In this document: positions 48,619 through 58,111 of the stretch, in pieces
Numbering within the stretch: position 1 is the first letter of the stretch
Layout of the letters: every line of letters starts with the position of its first letter
IMG/VR virus record: IMGVR_UViG_3300038489_000010
From: an uncultured virus (IMG/VR IMGVR_UViG_3300038489_000010)
Taxonomy: Duplodnaviria > Heunggongvirae > Uroviricota > Caudoviricetes
DNA length: 64,000 nt
Direction: 5' to 3' (one strand)
Translations under genes and position numbers: made by a program
Notes under the pieces: model-generated
Seen by the model: only the letters and a program-made list of their open reading frames with translations
Databases searched by the model: none
What the model was told of the DNA's origin: nothing

Positions 48619-49111
48619 ACGGTATGTCGTTGACTTTAAGTACACGACGAATTATTTCAAGAGCCCGAGAAGTTAGATGGTACTTCTCAAGGATTTCGCT
48701 TCCTACTGAAAAGCTGAAACCTGGTTTAGCCGCAATCTTTAACGCTCTAATAAGAGCTATAGAGCCGTCACTTCCATCGTTCTTTGCAGCGTTAATAGCT
48801 GAAGATATTCTCATTACAAGAAGTATCGGATCTTCATCTTTAAGCTGCTTCTCGAATGTAATTCCGATAAGGTCTGCTGCTTTAACCTCAGGAGTATCGG
48901 ATTTTACATTGAAGTAAATAAGCTTACTTCTCTGAGCTTGTCCAGCTGCTGCTAATGCCAGATTGTTTGCGTTAAGCTGAAATACATCAGCTTTTCCTTC
49001 ATTTCCGTACGTGAATGGAGCTATGATTTTCAAGATAGCTTCTTCTACGTCTTTGGTCAGTGATTGACCTTGGTAGAGGATTACAATTCCTCTGTTTGTT
49101 GCTTTAGCCAT
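48611..49111 (-). CDS. Hypothetical protein
   Basis: 166-aa ORF. Confidence 0.75.
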   Translation of the reverse strand: MAKATNRGIVILYQGQSLTKDVEEAILKIIAPFTYGNEGKADVFQLNANNLALAAAGQAQRSKLIYFNVKSDTPEVKAADLIGITFEKQLKDEDPILLVMRISSAINAAKNDGSDGSIALIRALKIAAKPGFSFSVGSEILEKYHLTSRALEIIRRVLKVNDIPYE

Positions 49112-49113
49112 TA

Positions 49114-49584
49114 CTACTCAATTTTAGTGTATTCTGTAATGTGAACTTTATGGTCTCCAATGATCGTATCATACGATAATGTATCGCTTGTTTCATCGTC
49201 TGAACGTATCTTTGGCTGAGCTTTTGCACTCTCGTCATAAATTTCCTTGTGTGTTAAATACTCTGTTACAACATCTTTGGCTGTGAACTTAGCGTGGTTT
49301 CGTTTTACTACATTACATACAGCACACAGTGTTGTCTCAGGCATTGAGTAAATGACTTGCTGAATACTATCGTTTTCTGCCCAAGCTTTATAAGCTTTGA
49401 CAAAAGCGTTAGGATCAGCCCATTCCTGTGGCTCTTGAGCCGTTTCAGCAGTTGCAGAATCATATTCTGCCTGCTTTTCAGGAGTTGGATCGCTACGACG
49501 TGCGCAACTATCCGTTGTTAGGCCAATAACTGCGCACATGAGTAGGCCTAAGATACTCATGATTGCTTCTTGAACATGTTTCAT
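49114..49584 (-). CDS. Putative lipoprotein/secreted protein
   Basis: Hydrophobic N-terminus followed by Cys. Confidence 0.7.
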   Translation of the reverse strand: MKHVQEAIMSILGLLMCAVIGLTTDSCARRSDPTPEKQAEYDSATAETAQEPQEWADPNAFVKAYKAWAENDSIQQVIYSMPETTLCAVCNVVKRNHAKFTAKDVVTEYLTHKEIYDESAKAQPKIRSDDETSDTLSYDTIIGDHKVHITEYTKIE

Positions 49585-49607
49585 TTGATATGAATTAATT
49601 GTTAAAC

Positions 49608-49730
49608 TTATGCTGTTTTTATAGCTTTACTAACTACCGTACATGTGCTTGCTCCTCTATTGGCCCACTTCTTGAAGTGTTGCACAAACCGTTTACTCTT
49701 GAGCAGTTTACGATGCTTAATTTTCTGCAT
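49608..49730 (-). CDS. Small basic protein (40 aa)
   Basis: MQKIKHRKLLKSKRF...; overlaps the upstream ORF. Confidence 0.4.
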   Translation of the reverse strand: MQKIKHRKLLKSKRFVQHFKKWANRGASTCTVVSKAIKTA

Positions 49731-49938
49731 AGTAATCCTCCCAAGCTTTAACGATGTCTTCGTAGTCCTGGTCGACTTCGATTACATCTCCTCCAAGAAG
49801 AGAAATCTCGCTTCCTATTTTGTCACGATGCATACAAACGAGACGTTGCACACGAACGAGAGCTTTCATGTCAACTGTTAGTAGCCGATCGCCTTCTGAT
49901 AGCTCAATCAAGCTGCCTGTTACTTTGATTTTTTCCAT
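49717..49938 (-). CDS. Small protein, FlbD-like fold
   Basis: LLTVDMKALVRVQ..SEISLLGGDVIEVDQDYEDIV pattern. Confidence 0.55.
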   Translation of the reverse strand: MEKIKVTGSLIELSEGDRLLTVDMKALVRVQRLVCMHRDKIGSEISLLGGDVIEVDQDYEDIVKAWEDYYAEN

Positions 49939-50078
49939 TTTTGATAAATGTTAGATAGTTAATAATTAATTATGTTCAGTTCCATCTGTATTTTTCATCA
50001 CGGCTTTGGACGTGCAATGGCTACATTAAACTGACGCACAGCCGACTATTTTGATATAGCCAGTTGTGCATAAAGGGA

Positions 50079-50354
50079 TTAATTTCTAATAACATCTCCA
50101 ATCAAGATACTACCAAGTACTAAACAATCAAGATCAAAAATAAGTATAATAACAACATATACTGTATTCAGATGACTGTTAAGTAAAATCAATAATATCA
50201 ATACTGAGATGAACACCAATACGACACCGATGCATAGCTCTTGAAGCCTTTTCTTTAGCTCCTCTAGCTTTCTTAATCTTCTGGTATTCTGCTTCGATTC
50301 GTTTTTTGTCTTTGAGGGAGACATATAAGTCTCTTTTTCCGTAATGTCGTTCAT
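50079..50354 (-). CDS. Putative small membrane protein (start uncertain)
   Basis: Two hydrophobic segments in the C-terminal half. Confidence 0.45.
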   Translation of the reverse strand: MNDITEKETYMSPSKTKNESKQNTRRLRKLEELKKRLQELCIGVVLVFISVLILLILLNSHLNTVYVVIILIFDLDCLVLGSILIGDVIRN

Positions 50355-50487
50355 TGTTAGTTAATCTATTACCGATAGCTCTTGAATATTCAGACCATAC
50401 ACACCAGTCTCCTAGATGTGCAGCATGAACAGGAAAAGCCTTAATACCTAGATATACTAATAAACGAATGGTTTCCTTTCTTGTCAT
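50179..50487 (-). CDS. Hypothetical protein
   Basis: 102-aa ORF coupled to the upstream gene. Confidence 0.55.
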   Translation of the reverse strand: MTRKETIRLLVYLGIKAFPVHAAHLGDWCVWSEYSRAIGNRLTNNERHYGKRDLYVSLKDKKRIEAEYQKIKKARGAKEKASRAMHRCRIGVHLSIDIIDFT

Positions 50488-50930
50488 AGTACATCGTATG
50501 TAATTACCATCCCATCACCAAGCAACCATAATGTTTTTACATTGATAAATATACGATGTTTATTGTTGTATAGCATTACGTATGGTGGTGGTGTTTCGAA
50601 TGATTTATAAAATAAATCTCTGAAATGCCACATAGACTTAGAATAGTTTAATTTGATTCTTTTGTGTTTGTCGTTCATATTGTTTATAACGACTTTCATC
50701 TGCGCATTGGTAATTCGTATTGTTACATACGGAACGTTACACAGACGACTTTCAACACACGTAAATTGTCCATATGTTTGGCGATTACTGACGTAACCAT
50801 CATTAACGACCTTGCATTCAACCGTATTTTTAGAACTACGTTTTAACACTTCGAGCAATGGGTTAAATGCTTTCTCCTCGTTGTTGATTACCTCTATATT
50901 GGCTCTTTTAACAAGTCTATGAATACTCAT
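50484..50930 (-). CDS. Hypothetical protein
   Basis: 148-aa ORF with 4-nt overlaps. Confidence 0.7.
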   Translation of the reverse strand: MSIHRLVKRANIEVINNEEKAFNPLLEVLKRSSKNTVECKVVNDGYVSNRQTYGQFTCVESRLCNVPYVTIRITNAQMKVVINNMNDKHKRIKLNYSKSMWHFRDLFYKSFETPPPYVMLYNNKHRIFINVKTLWLLGDGMVITYDVL

Positions 50931-51328
50931 TTTCGTCTAACGTATTTAGGTTTATAACGCATAAGACCTGTAATAATACCATTACGTAAACGTATGGCTA
51001 ATGAGGGCGTGATTCCGTTCTGTTTACACACTTTGATATATGTATAAACAGATTGAGGAACTGGAATAATGTCAGATACATCCTGTTGTTTAGAGTTATA
51101 AACAGCAAATATCTTAATCTTTCCAGATTCGGCAGTTGTTGTTATATATTTCTCTATACAAGCAGGATTGCAATACATGGTATCTATTCTTGCTTTAGCA
51201 GTCTGTGCACACGCACGAGTGCAAATAAGAAAGAGGATAACCAATAAAGCAATAAGACCAAGCCAATGGCCTGGATCAAGATTGGAATCTTGTTTTGCTT
51301 TTTTACGGATGTGATATTCGTCATACAT
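50927..51328 (-). CDS. Hypothetical membrane-anchored protein
   Basis: 133 aa with one hydrophobic segment. Confidence 0.7.
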   Translation of the reverse strand: MYDEYHIRKKAKQDSNLDPGHWLGLIALLVILFLICTRACAQTAKARIDTMYCNPACIEKYITTTAESGKIKIFAVYNSKQQDVSDIIPVPQSVYTYIKVCKQNGITPSLAIRLRNGIITGLMRYKPKYVRRK

Positions 51329-51365
51329 TATTTATCTCCTTTTTATGATACTAATTATGAGAGTG

Positions 51366-51638
51366 TTAAAAATTTCCAGTAATATTCATCCATATTGTTC
51401 CGCTGAGCAATTTGATGCATGAAACCCTAAACTTTCTAGATGTTCCTTTACCCATAGTTGGACAATATAAATAGATAAAATGAGGGTTATTAGCATAAAT
51501 TTTATCAATCTGCTTATTTTTACCCCGTTTTTCTGTTACATATATCCAAGTATTTGCATTTCGTTTACAGTACTCATAATTGTCTTTGCTTACAATAAGC
51601 ATATACTTACGAGTACCAGATTTCTGGTGGTGTTTCAT
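51366..51638 (-). CDS. Hypothetical protein
   Basis: 90-aa ORF. Confidence 0.6.
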   Translation of the reverse strand: MKHHQKSGTRKYMLIVSKDNYEYCKRNANTWIYVTEKRGKNKQIDKIYANNPHFIYLYCPTMGKGTSRKFRVSCIKLLSGTIWMNITGNF

Positions 51639-51889
51639 CGTACAACATAAAAATTGCCATTTAATTTACCTCTTAAATCGTTAATTCTACGAGTTGTCTC
51701 CATAATCACAGCTTTTGCTGCAATATATGTTAAGTCCTTTGCAATCAGAATAGACGAACCACTTGTTTTAAAGAACAAGCGATAACGATCATTCAACTCG
51801 TCCTTGACCGCTTTACGCGGTCTTGGATTTGTTGATTGATTTTTTGGCTTAGTTTTCAACGTCATGTTCGAGTGGCTTGAGATCTGCAA
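51635..51889 (-). CDS. Hypothetical protein
   Basis: 84-aa ORF; start uncertain. Confidence 0.6.
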   Translation of the reverse strand: MQISSHSNMTLKTKPKNQSTNPRPRKAVKDELNDRYRLFFKTSGSSILIAKDLTYIAAKAVIMETTRRINDLRGKLNGNFYVVR

Positions 51890-52241
51890 GTATGCGTGTT
51901 GTCGCAGTTAGCAGTAATGCTGCTGTGATAAGATTTCGATGAAGATTAGTTAATACGTTAGCTTCAGCTGCTAACACATCAACTTCGAGAGCATTCTGAG
52001 AATCTGCACTAAGGCGTGAAATAAACACGTTTTCGTTATTCTCATCACGAGCAAGGGAGTAATTATTGCATTTACAGATAACTTCGTGATTCAGAGGGAT
52101 TTTAGTCTTTTTCTGAATCTTAGCCATCTTATCCTTGACGTGTGCAGCAAGATCTTCTGCTACGCTTGTTGGGATTTCGATGTAACTTACGAGTGCATAA
52201 GACTTATCGTCTTTAGCACAAACTACTACTTTGTTGTTCAT
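51849..52241 (-). CDS. Hypothetical protein
   Basis: 130-aa ORF with a CATTATCAAA-ATG leader. Confidence 0.75.
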   Translation of the reverse strand: MNNKVVVCAKDDKSYALVSYIEIPTSVAEDLAAHVKDKMAKIQKKTKIPLNHEVICKCNNYSLARDENNENVFISRLSADSQNALEVDVLAAEANVLTNLHRNLITAALLLTATTRILADLKPLEHDVEN

Positions 52242-52443
52242 TTTGATAATGATTAAAGTGTTTTGTTAAACTTGTTCGGCATTAATATGTCGATACGCCA
52301 CATCCAGAACATTGCTCATCCTTGCACGGATGTGTGCATACTTTACAAGGATTTGCTTTCACTTCCTTATGGAAATGATTGTTGTAGAACTTAATTCTTT
52401 CTCTTACATCCATATTGATTATGTTTTAATTGTTAAACAATAG

Positions 52444-52493
52444 TGTACCAGATAGGATTCGAACCTATAGTTATAATAATATATGAACTGTAC
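52444..52493 (-). pseudogene. Truncated tRNA-like minihelix (acceptor plus T arm only)
   Basis: GTACAG..ATAGG-TTCGAAT-CCTAT-CTGGTAC-A. Confidence 0.45.
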
Positions 52494-52650
52494 AAATGTA
52501 AATCACGTCAGAATTGCAATGTTAGAATTTGTTCATATTATTACTTTTTCCAAAATAAAGCTCGCTTGCAAATTATCCTGGTACGTTTTATACAGCTATT
52601 CTCACGAACCACTGTATAGTTGGCTTATTGAAAGTGATTTGCTTAATTTG

Positions 52651-52721
52651 TTGTCTCATAAGGATTCGAACCTTAACTGACAGAACCAAAAACTGTAGTG
52701 CTACCATTACACCATAAGACA
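52651..52721 (-). tRNA. tRNA-Gln(UUG)
   Basis: TGTCTTA-TGGTGTAATGGTAGCAC..TTTTGGT..TTCGAAT..TGAGACA-A cloverleaf. Confidence 0.92.
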
Positions 52722-52978
52722 ATTTGGCGGGAATAGTTTATCACCCGCCTATGAGCCTTAACACGTTCGCTCTTTGTACAGCTTCTCATATTTATACTGA
52801 TTTGAGCTGTCTCGTCACAGTCGTCTTAATAAAGACATTTTGAGAGGACTAGGTTATCTTCACCTCTCTGTGCTACAGTCGCCTAATACTTATCTACTCA
52901 TTTAGTTAACTATTTGAGTCATTCTAAGCACAATATAGCTTTGAAGAGTCTATCGATCGTGCTCTCCCTTTACGCGTT

Positions 52979-53046
52979 TGTTCAGATACTTTCGTATTTC
53001 GTTCTGGCCTCATCAGTGAACATTTTTATAGTCTTCCAGAATGACT
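52979..53046 (-). ncRNA. Type I hammerhead ribozyme with loop-loop pseudoknot
   Basis: TGTTCA-CTGATGA-G(GCCAGAA)C-GAAA-TAC(GAAA)GTA-TC^TGAACA; the upstream hairpin loop TTCTGG is complementary to CCAGAA. Confidence 0.85.
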
Positions 53047-53278
53047 TTAATGAGTCCAGATGTAGTCTTTGATAGGCTAACACCTGGGCTCTTTTAAAAT
53101 TTAATAGAGAAAATTAATAAAGAACTTATTTAATACACGCCAGTCCTTTATGAGCGCTAAGTTAATAACATACTGTATATATACTCTTGCAAGAAATAAA
53201 TCTTATTAAAACTACACTATTCTCACGAACCGTGTAGAAATTATAAACAATGAAAACAATTAATCAGTAACCAATAAC

Positions 53279-53665
53279 CTACTTATCAATTGGTTGTAAG
53301 AACTTGTTTTCCTTCTCCAAGGAATCAACTAACCATTTTCGGTCAAGATAAATTGCACCTGCATCCGATTCAAGGATAGGCGAATCAACATCAACTCCAA
53401 CAGCATCAAGAAGATGTTCAACAGCGAAATAATAGTCGCGATAAGCATCAAGTTGATGTATTGCTGCATTGAGCTGGTCATTGAGTTTTTCGTTGTCTTC
53501 AAAGAGCGTGTCAACATCTGATTGAGTCATATTATGTATGTCTCTTGATGTTGTGGTCTGTGCAGAACAAGATCGTGGAACAGCTATACATATAGTTGCT
53601 GCTCCAACAACTGCCAAAACAAATATTAATGTTGGCAGAACGATTTCTTTTAGAAAATGTTTCAT
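53279..53665 (-). CDS. Hypothetical membrane/secreted protein (TAG stop)
   Basis: 128 aa with a signal-like N-terminus. Confidence 0.75.
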   Translation of the reverse strand: MKHFLKEIVLPTLIFVLAVVGAATICIAVPRSCSAQTTTSRDIHNMTQSDVDTLFEDNEKLNDQLNAAIHQLDAYRDYYFAVEHLLDAVGVDVDSPILESDAGAIYLDRKWLVDSLEKENKFLQPIDK

Positions 53666-53740
53666 ATTGATTATGTTTTTGAATTGTTCTATTTAAATAT
53701 ATTCTTAGCTATCTAACGTGTTATGTAGGAACACACGAAC

Positions 53741-53781
53741 AAAAAAGAGCCAATCCCTCCCGAATGGGAAGGAAAGGCTCT
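53741..53781 (-). terminator. Intrinsic terminator
   Basis: GAGCC..GGCTC-TTTTTT downstream of 53803..54495. Confidence 0.65.
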
Positions 53782-53802
53782 AAACGCTATATATTAATAG
53801 CG

Positions 53803-54495
53803 TTACTGCATTGGCGGAACGGTTTGAGGCGCAGGATTACCTTGTGGTGGAATAGTTCCCTGTCCCTGTCCTTGACTCTGGCTCTGCGCTTGTGCTTGTG
53901 CTCCTGGAACTGATTGTGCTCCTGGAACAACACCACTCTGACTGACAATACCGCCTGGTTGGTTAGGCAGTTTTACCTGACTGATAGGTGCAACAATACG
54001 CCCAATCATAGCCTGCATACGTGCTTGTGGCGTCCAACCGTGTCGGTATGTACCGTCACTCTTCTTGCGGCAGAATACGTCGACAGAACGTACTGGCTTG
54101 TACGCTCCATAACGGTTAACGACGACTTCAAGCTGGTTTGTAGACTGATTGCCACGTACGAATACATAAGGCTCGGTTCCGGGAAGCTCTACCGTTTCCC
54201 AATCGCCTGTCTTGCGAGATAGGTTTTCAGGTAACGGTTTGTTAGCGTCTTTAAGCTGAGCGTCGTTGTAGATGTCCATACCGAAGCTGTCTTTCTGACC
54301 TGATGGAATAGACGGTTCAAGATATTCAGTATATCTTGCGACTTCTGCTTCGTCGTTAGACGTGTAGATGCCGTCATCTTCTCCTTCATCATCAATCAAG
54401 GTTGCTTGGATATACAGACCGCCTTTAATGGTATTGCCATTATAGAAGCCGTCTCTTGCCTTTAACAGTTTGATGTGTTCTAATGTGTACTTCAT
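53803..54495 (-). CDS. Hypothetical protein with Q/P/G-rich tail
   Basis: 230-aa ORF. Confidence 0.8.
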   Translation of the reverse strand: MKYTLEHIKLLKARDGFYNGNTIKGGLYIQATLIDDEGEDDGIYTSNDEAEVARYTEYLEPSIPSGQKDSFGMDIYNDAQLKDANKPLPENLSRKTGDWETVELPGTEPYVFVRGNQSTNQLEVVVNRYGAYKPVRSVDVFCRKKSDGTYRHGWTPQARMQAMIGRIVAPISQVKLPNQPGGIVSQSGVVPGAQSVPGAQAQAQSQSQGQGQGTIPPQGNPAPQTVPPMQ

Positions 54496-54802
54496 AATTA
54501 AACGTTTTAATAGTGGAACATATTAGTGCTCTGGTTTTCACCTTCGCAATCATTATCAATAGGCTTATTTGATTTTTCATTCACATACCCAAATGAGTAC
54601 AATTAAGTACTCAAATGGGTTGCAGTGATTATAAAAGTGTCGTCTTTCCGACTGCCATTCCGTTAACCAAGCTCTCTATAGCAACGTGATGGAATTCACG
54701 ATTAAAGCGCGTATTTCTACCCGCCAATTGATAGTAGCAGGCTTATTTGATTTTTCATTTGAATAAAACGAAAAGAGTAAAGGCGCCGAAGCGCCAATAC
54801 TC

Positions 54803-54967
54803 TTAGATAGACTTATTGCCATATATCTTGTACTGTCTTGGGTGAGACGCAATGTACTCACCGTATTTAGCGACAAGGTCGCACAACGAACCGAATGATT
54901 CACTTGTGTGCCAACCGTCATTAGCACGAATGACCAAAATCCAACTCATTTTAATCTCTGTATCCAT
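54803..54967 (-). CDS. Small hypothetical protein (54 aa)
   Basis: MDTEIKMSWILVIRANDGWHTSESF...; followed by a GGCGC hairpin and T run. Confidence 0.5.
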   Translation of the reverse strand: MDTEIKMSWILVIRANDGWHTSESFGSLCDLVAKYGEYIASHPRQYKIYGNKSI

Positions 54968-55138
54968 AATAATATAGGTTTAAAAATCTTGCAATATTGC
55001 AATACGAAGCAATAGGTTAATTTGATTTTACATCAATTTTGATGGCGGGGGTATTTAGATGCGACGATGGTGTCCGGGTCACAAATATAGAGTATTTCTC
55101 GTTTTCACACACATACAACATTTTTACAGACAGAAAAT

Positions 55139-55170
55139 AAAAAAGCCCAGACACCGAAATGCCTGAGCTT
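55139..55170 (-). terminator. Intrinsic terminator
   Basis: AAGCTCAGGCA-TTTCGG-TGTCTGGGCTTTTTT. Confidence 0.65.
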
Positions 55171-55195
55171 ATAAAAAAATAAAAATAAAAAATTT

Positions 55196-55450
55196 TTATT
55201 CAAAAATACCTAATGGATCCGTGGTATTATCATCATCTGTATCTAGTTGTTCCATCAATTCAACTAGTTTATCTGATTTACTCTTATCTTTAATAGCTTC
55301 AAAGATATAAGTCCATTCTTTAGGATGTTTAGAATGTCTCTTTATAACTTCTTGTTTCTCTTCTTCTGATATATCATTATTATCAGCTGATATAACAGAT
55401 GCTATTATGAGATTTATAAGTTGAGTATTGTTCATATTTGGATCAATCAT
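55196..55450 (-). CDS. Hypothetical protein
   Basis: 84-aa ORF. Confidence 0.65.
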   Translation of the reverse strand: MIDPNMNNTQLINLIIASVISADNNDISEEEKQEVIKRHSKHPKEWTYIFEAIKDKSKSDKLVELMEQLDTDDDNTTDPLGIFE

Positions 55451-56102
55451 ACTCGTTTGTGCAATAGTCTATAAAGTATAATGTATCTTTAGTTTGAAGA
55501 TCTATTTCATCTTTTACTGACCTTAAAGCACCGATTGGAACATTCTTAAATACTCCATTTTGGTTCTTAGATTTAGCTTCGTCTTTTATATTGAAAGAGA
55601 ATAAGTTCTTTATAGTTAATGTTCCATGCTCTTCATGGCAAGGTGGTTCCCATGTGTTAACTAAAGCAAATTTATAGCCTCTATCATAGAGATTTTGGTT
55701 ATTATTATCAACTCCTCCAAGCCAATATTTAGTTGATTTTATGTCAATTCTCCATAAATTAGGATATTTTTTACATAGATTTTTAGCTTCTTTTTCGAAT
55801 TTCTTCTGAACAAGTTTTCCACCCTTTTCTAACACAATTCTGTAGATTGCTTCAGGATAATTCATAGAAAACACCTTGCAAATATCCTCTAATTTATCCC
55901 AATGTTTATGGAAATTAACAGCTCCATGGCATGCTACCCACTTTCCGTTTATTGTTCTAGCTACACGTACGTCAAACATTCGTACTCCATAGTTATATTG
56001 TTCGTCGATTGTTTTACATTGTGTCTTCCAAAGACGTTTAGATGCGTTCCATATACCTAAAATAGGCTTTTCGAACGTATATGTATCATGACTTCCTATC
56101 AT
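55443..56102 (-). CDS. PI-PLC X-domain-like phosphodiesterase
   Basis: GSHDTYT, WKTQ..IDEQYNYGVRMFDVRV, CHG. Confidence 0.8.
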   Translation of the reverse strand: MIGSHDTYTFEKPILGIWNASKRLWKTQCKTIDEQYNYGVRMFDVRVARTINGKWVACHGAVNFHKHWDKLEDICKVFSMNYPEAIYRIVLEKGGKLVQKKFEKEAKNLCKKYPNLWRIDIKSTKYWLGGVDNNNQNLYDRGYKFALVNTWEPPCHEEHGTLTIKNLFSFNIKDEAKSKNQNGVFKNVPIGALRSVKDEIDLQTKDTLYFIDYCTNEYD

Positions 56103-56491
56103 TACTCATTTCCTCCTTTATTTGTTCCTTCAACATCAGAAGGAACTGATTCTGATATGATTTCAGCATCCTCGATGTCTTTGTCTAATTGTTCTAATGA
56201 GGTCTTTCCAGCTTCCTCTCTCTGTTTCTTTTTATTTTCTTCATCTTGTAACTTTTTGATAAGGTCATCTTGAAGCTGCTTAACGTACTCTTTATCCTCT
56301 TCTGTTTTAGGATTTTGGTACATATTCATAAGCCAGCTCATGCAATTATTATACTCTAAAGATCCTTTATCCAATTTGTCTAAGTAGTCTTCTAACTCCT
56401 TGATACTGAATGGTTTAAGTATTGGATTTGCTTTTCTAATAAGATTTCCATCTTTATCGTATAAATTAGCATATTTATTGATCTTTCCCAT
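56102..56491 (-). CDS. Hypothetical protein
   Basis: 129-aa ORF. Confidence 0.75.
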   Translation of the reverse strand: MGKINKYANLYDKDGNLIRKANPILKPFSIKELEDYLDKLDKGSLEYNNCMSWLMNMYQNPKTEEDKEYVKQLQDDLIKKLQDEENKKKQREEAGKTSLEQLDKDIEDAEIISESVPSDVEGTNKGGNE

Positions 56492-56651
56492 GTCTTTTTT
56501 CTATTTTAAAATCGTCCTCCCATTTATACGAGCGATTATCTAATTCTATCATGAGTTTTGCAGCTTGTAGCCATTGCTAATTATTTACCAAGCCTTTTAC
56601 TCTACTCTGTGTGTGCTACGTATTTTGTACATTCTGTTTCTTCTGGTCCAT
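56475..56651 (-). CDS. Small hypothetical protein (58 aa), TAG=Gln
   Basis: MDQKKQNVQNT(Q)H..WLQAAKLMIELD..; bridges the gap between neighbours. Confidence 0.4.
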
Positions 56652-57054
56652 CTATTCCGTATGTGATATGTTTGTAAGTTTGATTCTTTATGAACTTTCT
56701 ATATTTCTCAAATGCTTTATTGCGCTTCTTTTTTGTGTCAAAACGATATATATATTTAAGCATCTACTCTGCGTTAACGGATCCTGTTATTCTAAGGTTG
56801 CAAAGATCTCCGAGAAACGAATATATACCATCAATTCCGAATTTATCTTCTATAATCATAAATTCTTTATATGCCTACTAAAAGTAGTAGTTATTTATAT
56901 CATATTTTGGCTAAACACCAGCTATTATACATGCATTAACTGGAACTCCGTATATCCAATAGTATTTGCAAGTATCCGTTACAGTCTAATTAGAATGTTC
57001 TAAACTTAAAAAATCAGCATAAAACAATACGGCACTTAATTCTATTTCGTTCAT
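56581..57054 (-). CDS. Hypothetical protein (157 aa), TAG=Gln
   Basis: MNEIELSAVLFYADFLSL...; several in-frame TAG; TAA stop. Confidence 0.75.
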
Positions 57055-57464
57055 TTCTTAAGCCATTTTTTATAAGAATTAATAACACATTCAGTTATCC
57101 ATCCGATAGTATAGGCGTATACTTCTTCTGTATCTCTAGTATGTTGTATATCACTAAAATTTAGTATACCTGTTGCAGCGTGTAAAGCTTCATGAGATGC
57201 TACGTTTTCTATTGAATCAGTTATAATACTAGGATGTATATAAATACATACACAAAGCTTTCCTTTATATTTATATCCATACGAATATGTTAGTCCAGCA
57301 TAATCTTCACAGTTGCTAATATCTATTTTAGAATTATCTATAGTTTGTATAGTCTTAGTTATATCACTAGGATTGTTACTTATTATAACAACTATCTAAT
57401 GTATACTGAATATAGGTTGTGTATATATATCAACTACTTTAGTTTTCTTATTTTTCTTACTCAT
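57051..57464 (-). CDS. Small zincin-like metallopeptidase (137 aa), one TAG=Gln
   Basis: SHEALHAA..EEVYAY motif; TGA stop overlaps the next ATG. Confidence 0.75.
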
Positions 57465-57564
57465 ATATCTTATAGTCTTATAATATAACAGAGTCTTAGA
57501 CTCCTCACCTAACCCCTATAGTCCCCTTCCCTAGGTTCTAAATAGGATTAAATTTTACATACAT

Positions 57565-57642
57565 GACGTATTTTAAGACCTATATGGTTGCATTTTAAAT
57601 ATTTTTGCATATTTTTGCAACCAAAATGAAAACAATGGCGTT
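57565..57642. promoter_or_regulatory. Divergent ECF-type promoter pair
   Basis: + strand GCAACC(57617)-N16-CGTT(57639); - strand GCAACC(57591)-N17-CGTC(57568). Confidence 0.6.
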
Positions 57643-57684
57643 AAAGGGCCTGAAAACGTTAAATTAACGAAAGGATTTAAACAT

Positions 57685-58110
57685 ATGACAAAAAGTTTAA
57701 AAGTTATTGAGCCGTTCTTTGGGATGGAAGCAGGAGACGAGATGAAGCTCTCCAAAGACGGAAAGATGTATGTGTCAGAGTATAGCTCTGAGTATCATGC
57801 TGATGATGAAGATGATACAGCCTCAGCTGTTTATAATTCAACATGTTCTGTTTCTAAAGATTATGCAGAACAGCTTGTTAAGGAAGGTTATCTTGAAGAG
57901 ATCGTTCCAAAGCAGCAACAGAAGATAGCAGATACTCCGTTTGTTAATGTGTTTGACGAGATTGATTCTATGATCACAACGTATCAGACAGATCTGGCAA
58001 ATATTGATATTGATGAGCGTAATACTCCAGAGGCATTGAAGGTTGAGAAGAAGACTGTTCTTCAGAATCTTATAAAGGCACTTAATCATCTTAAGAATCT
58101 CAGAAAGTAA
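57685..58110 (+). CDS. Hypothetical protein
   Basis: 141-aa ORF. Confidence 0.8.
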   Translation: MTKSLKVIEPFFGMEAGDEMKLSKDGKMYVSEYSSEYHADDEDDTASAVYNSTCSVSKDYAEQLVKEGYLEEIVPKQQQKIADTPFVNVFDEIDSMITTYQTDLANIDIDERNTPEALKVEKKTVLQNLIKALNHLKNLRK

Positions 58111-58111
58111 T

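Noticed and set aside
29422..56881. + strand ORFs opposite the replication/early genes
   Set aside because: They are antisense shadows of well-supported - strand genes
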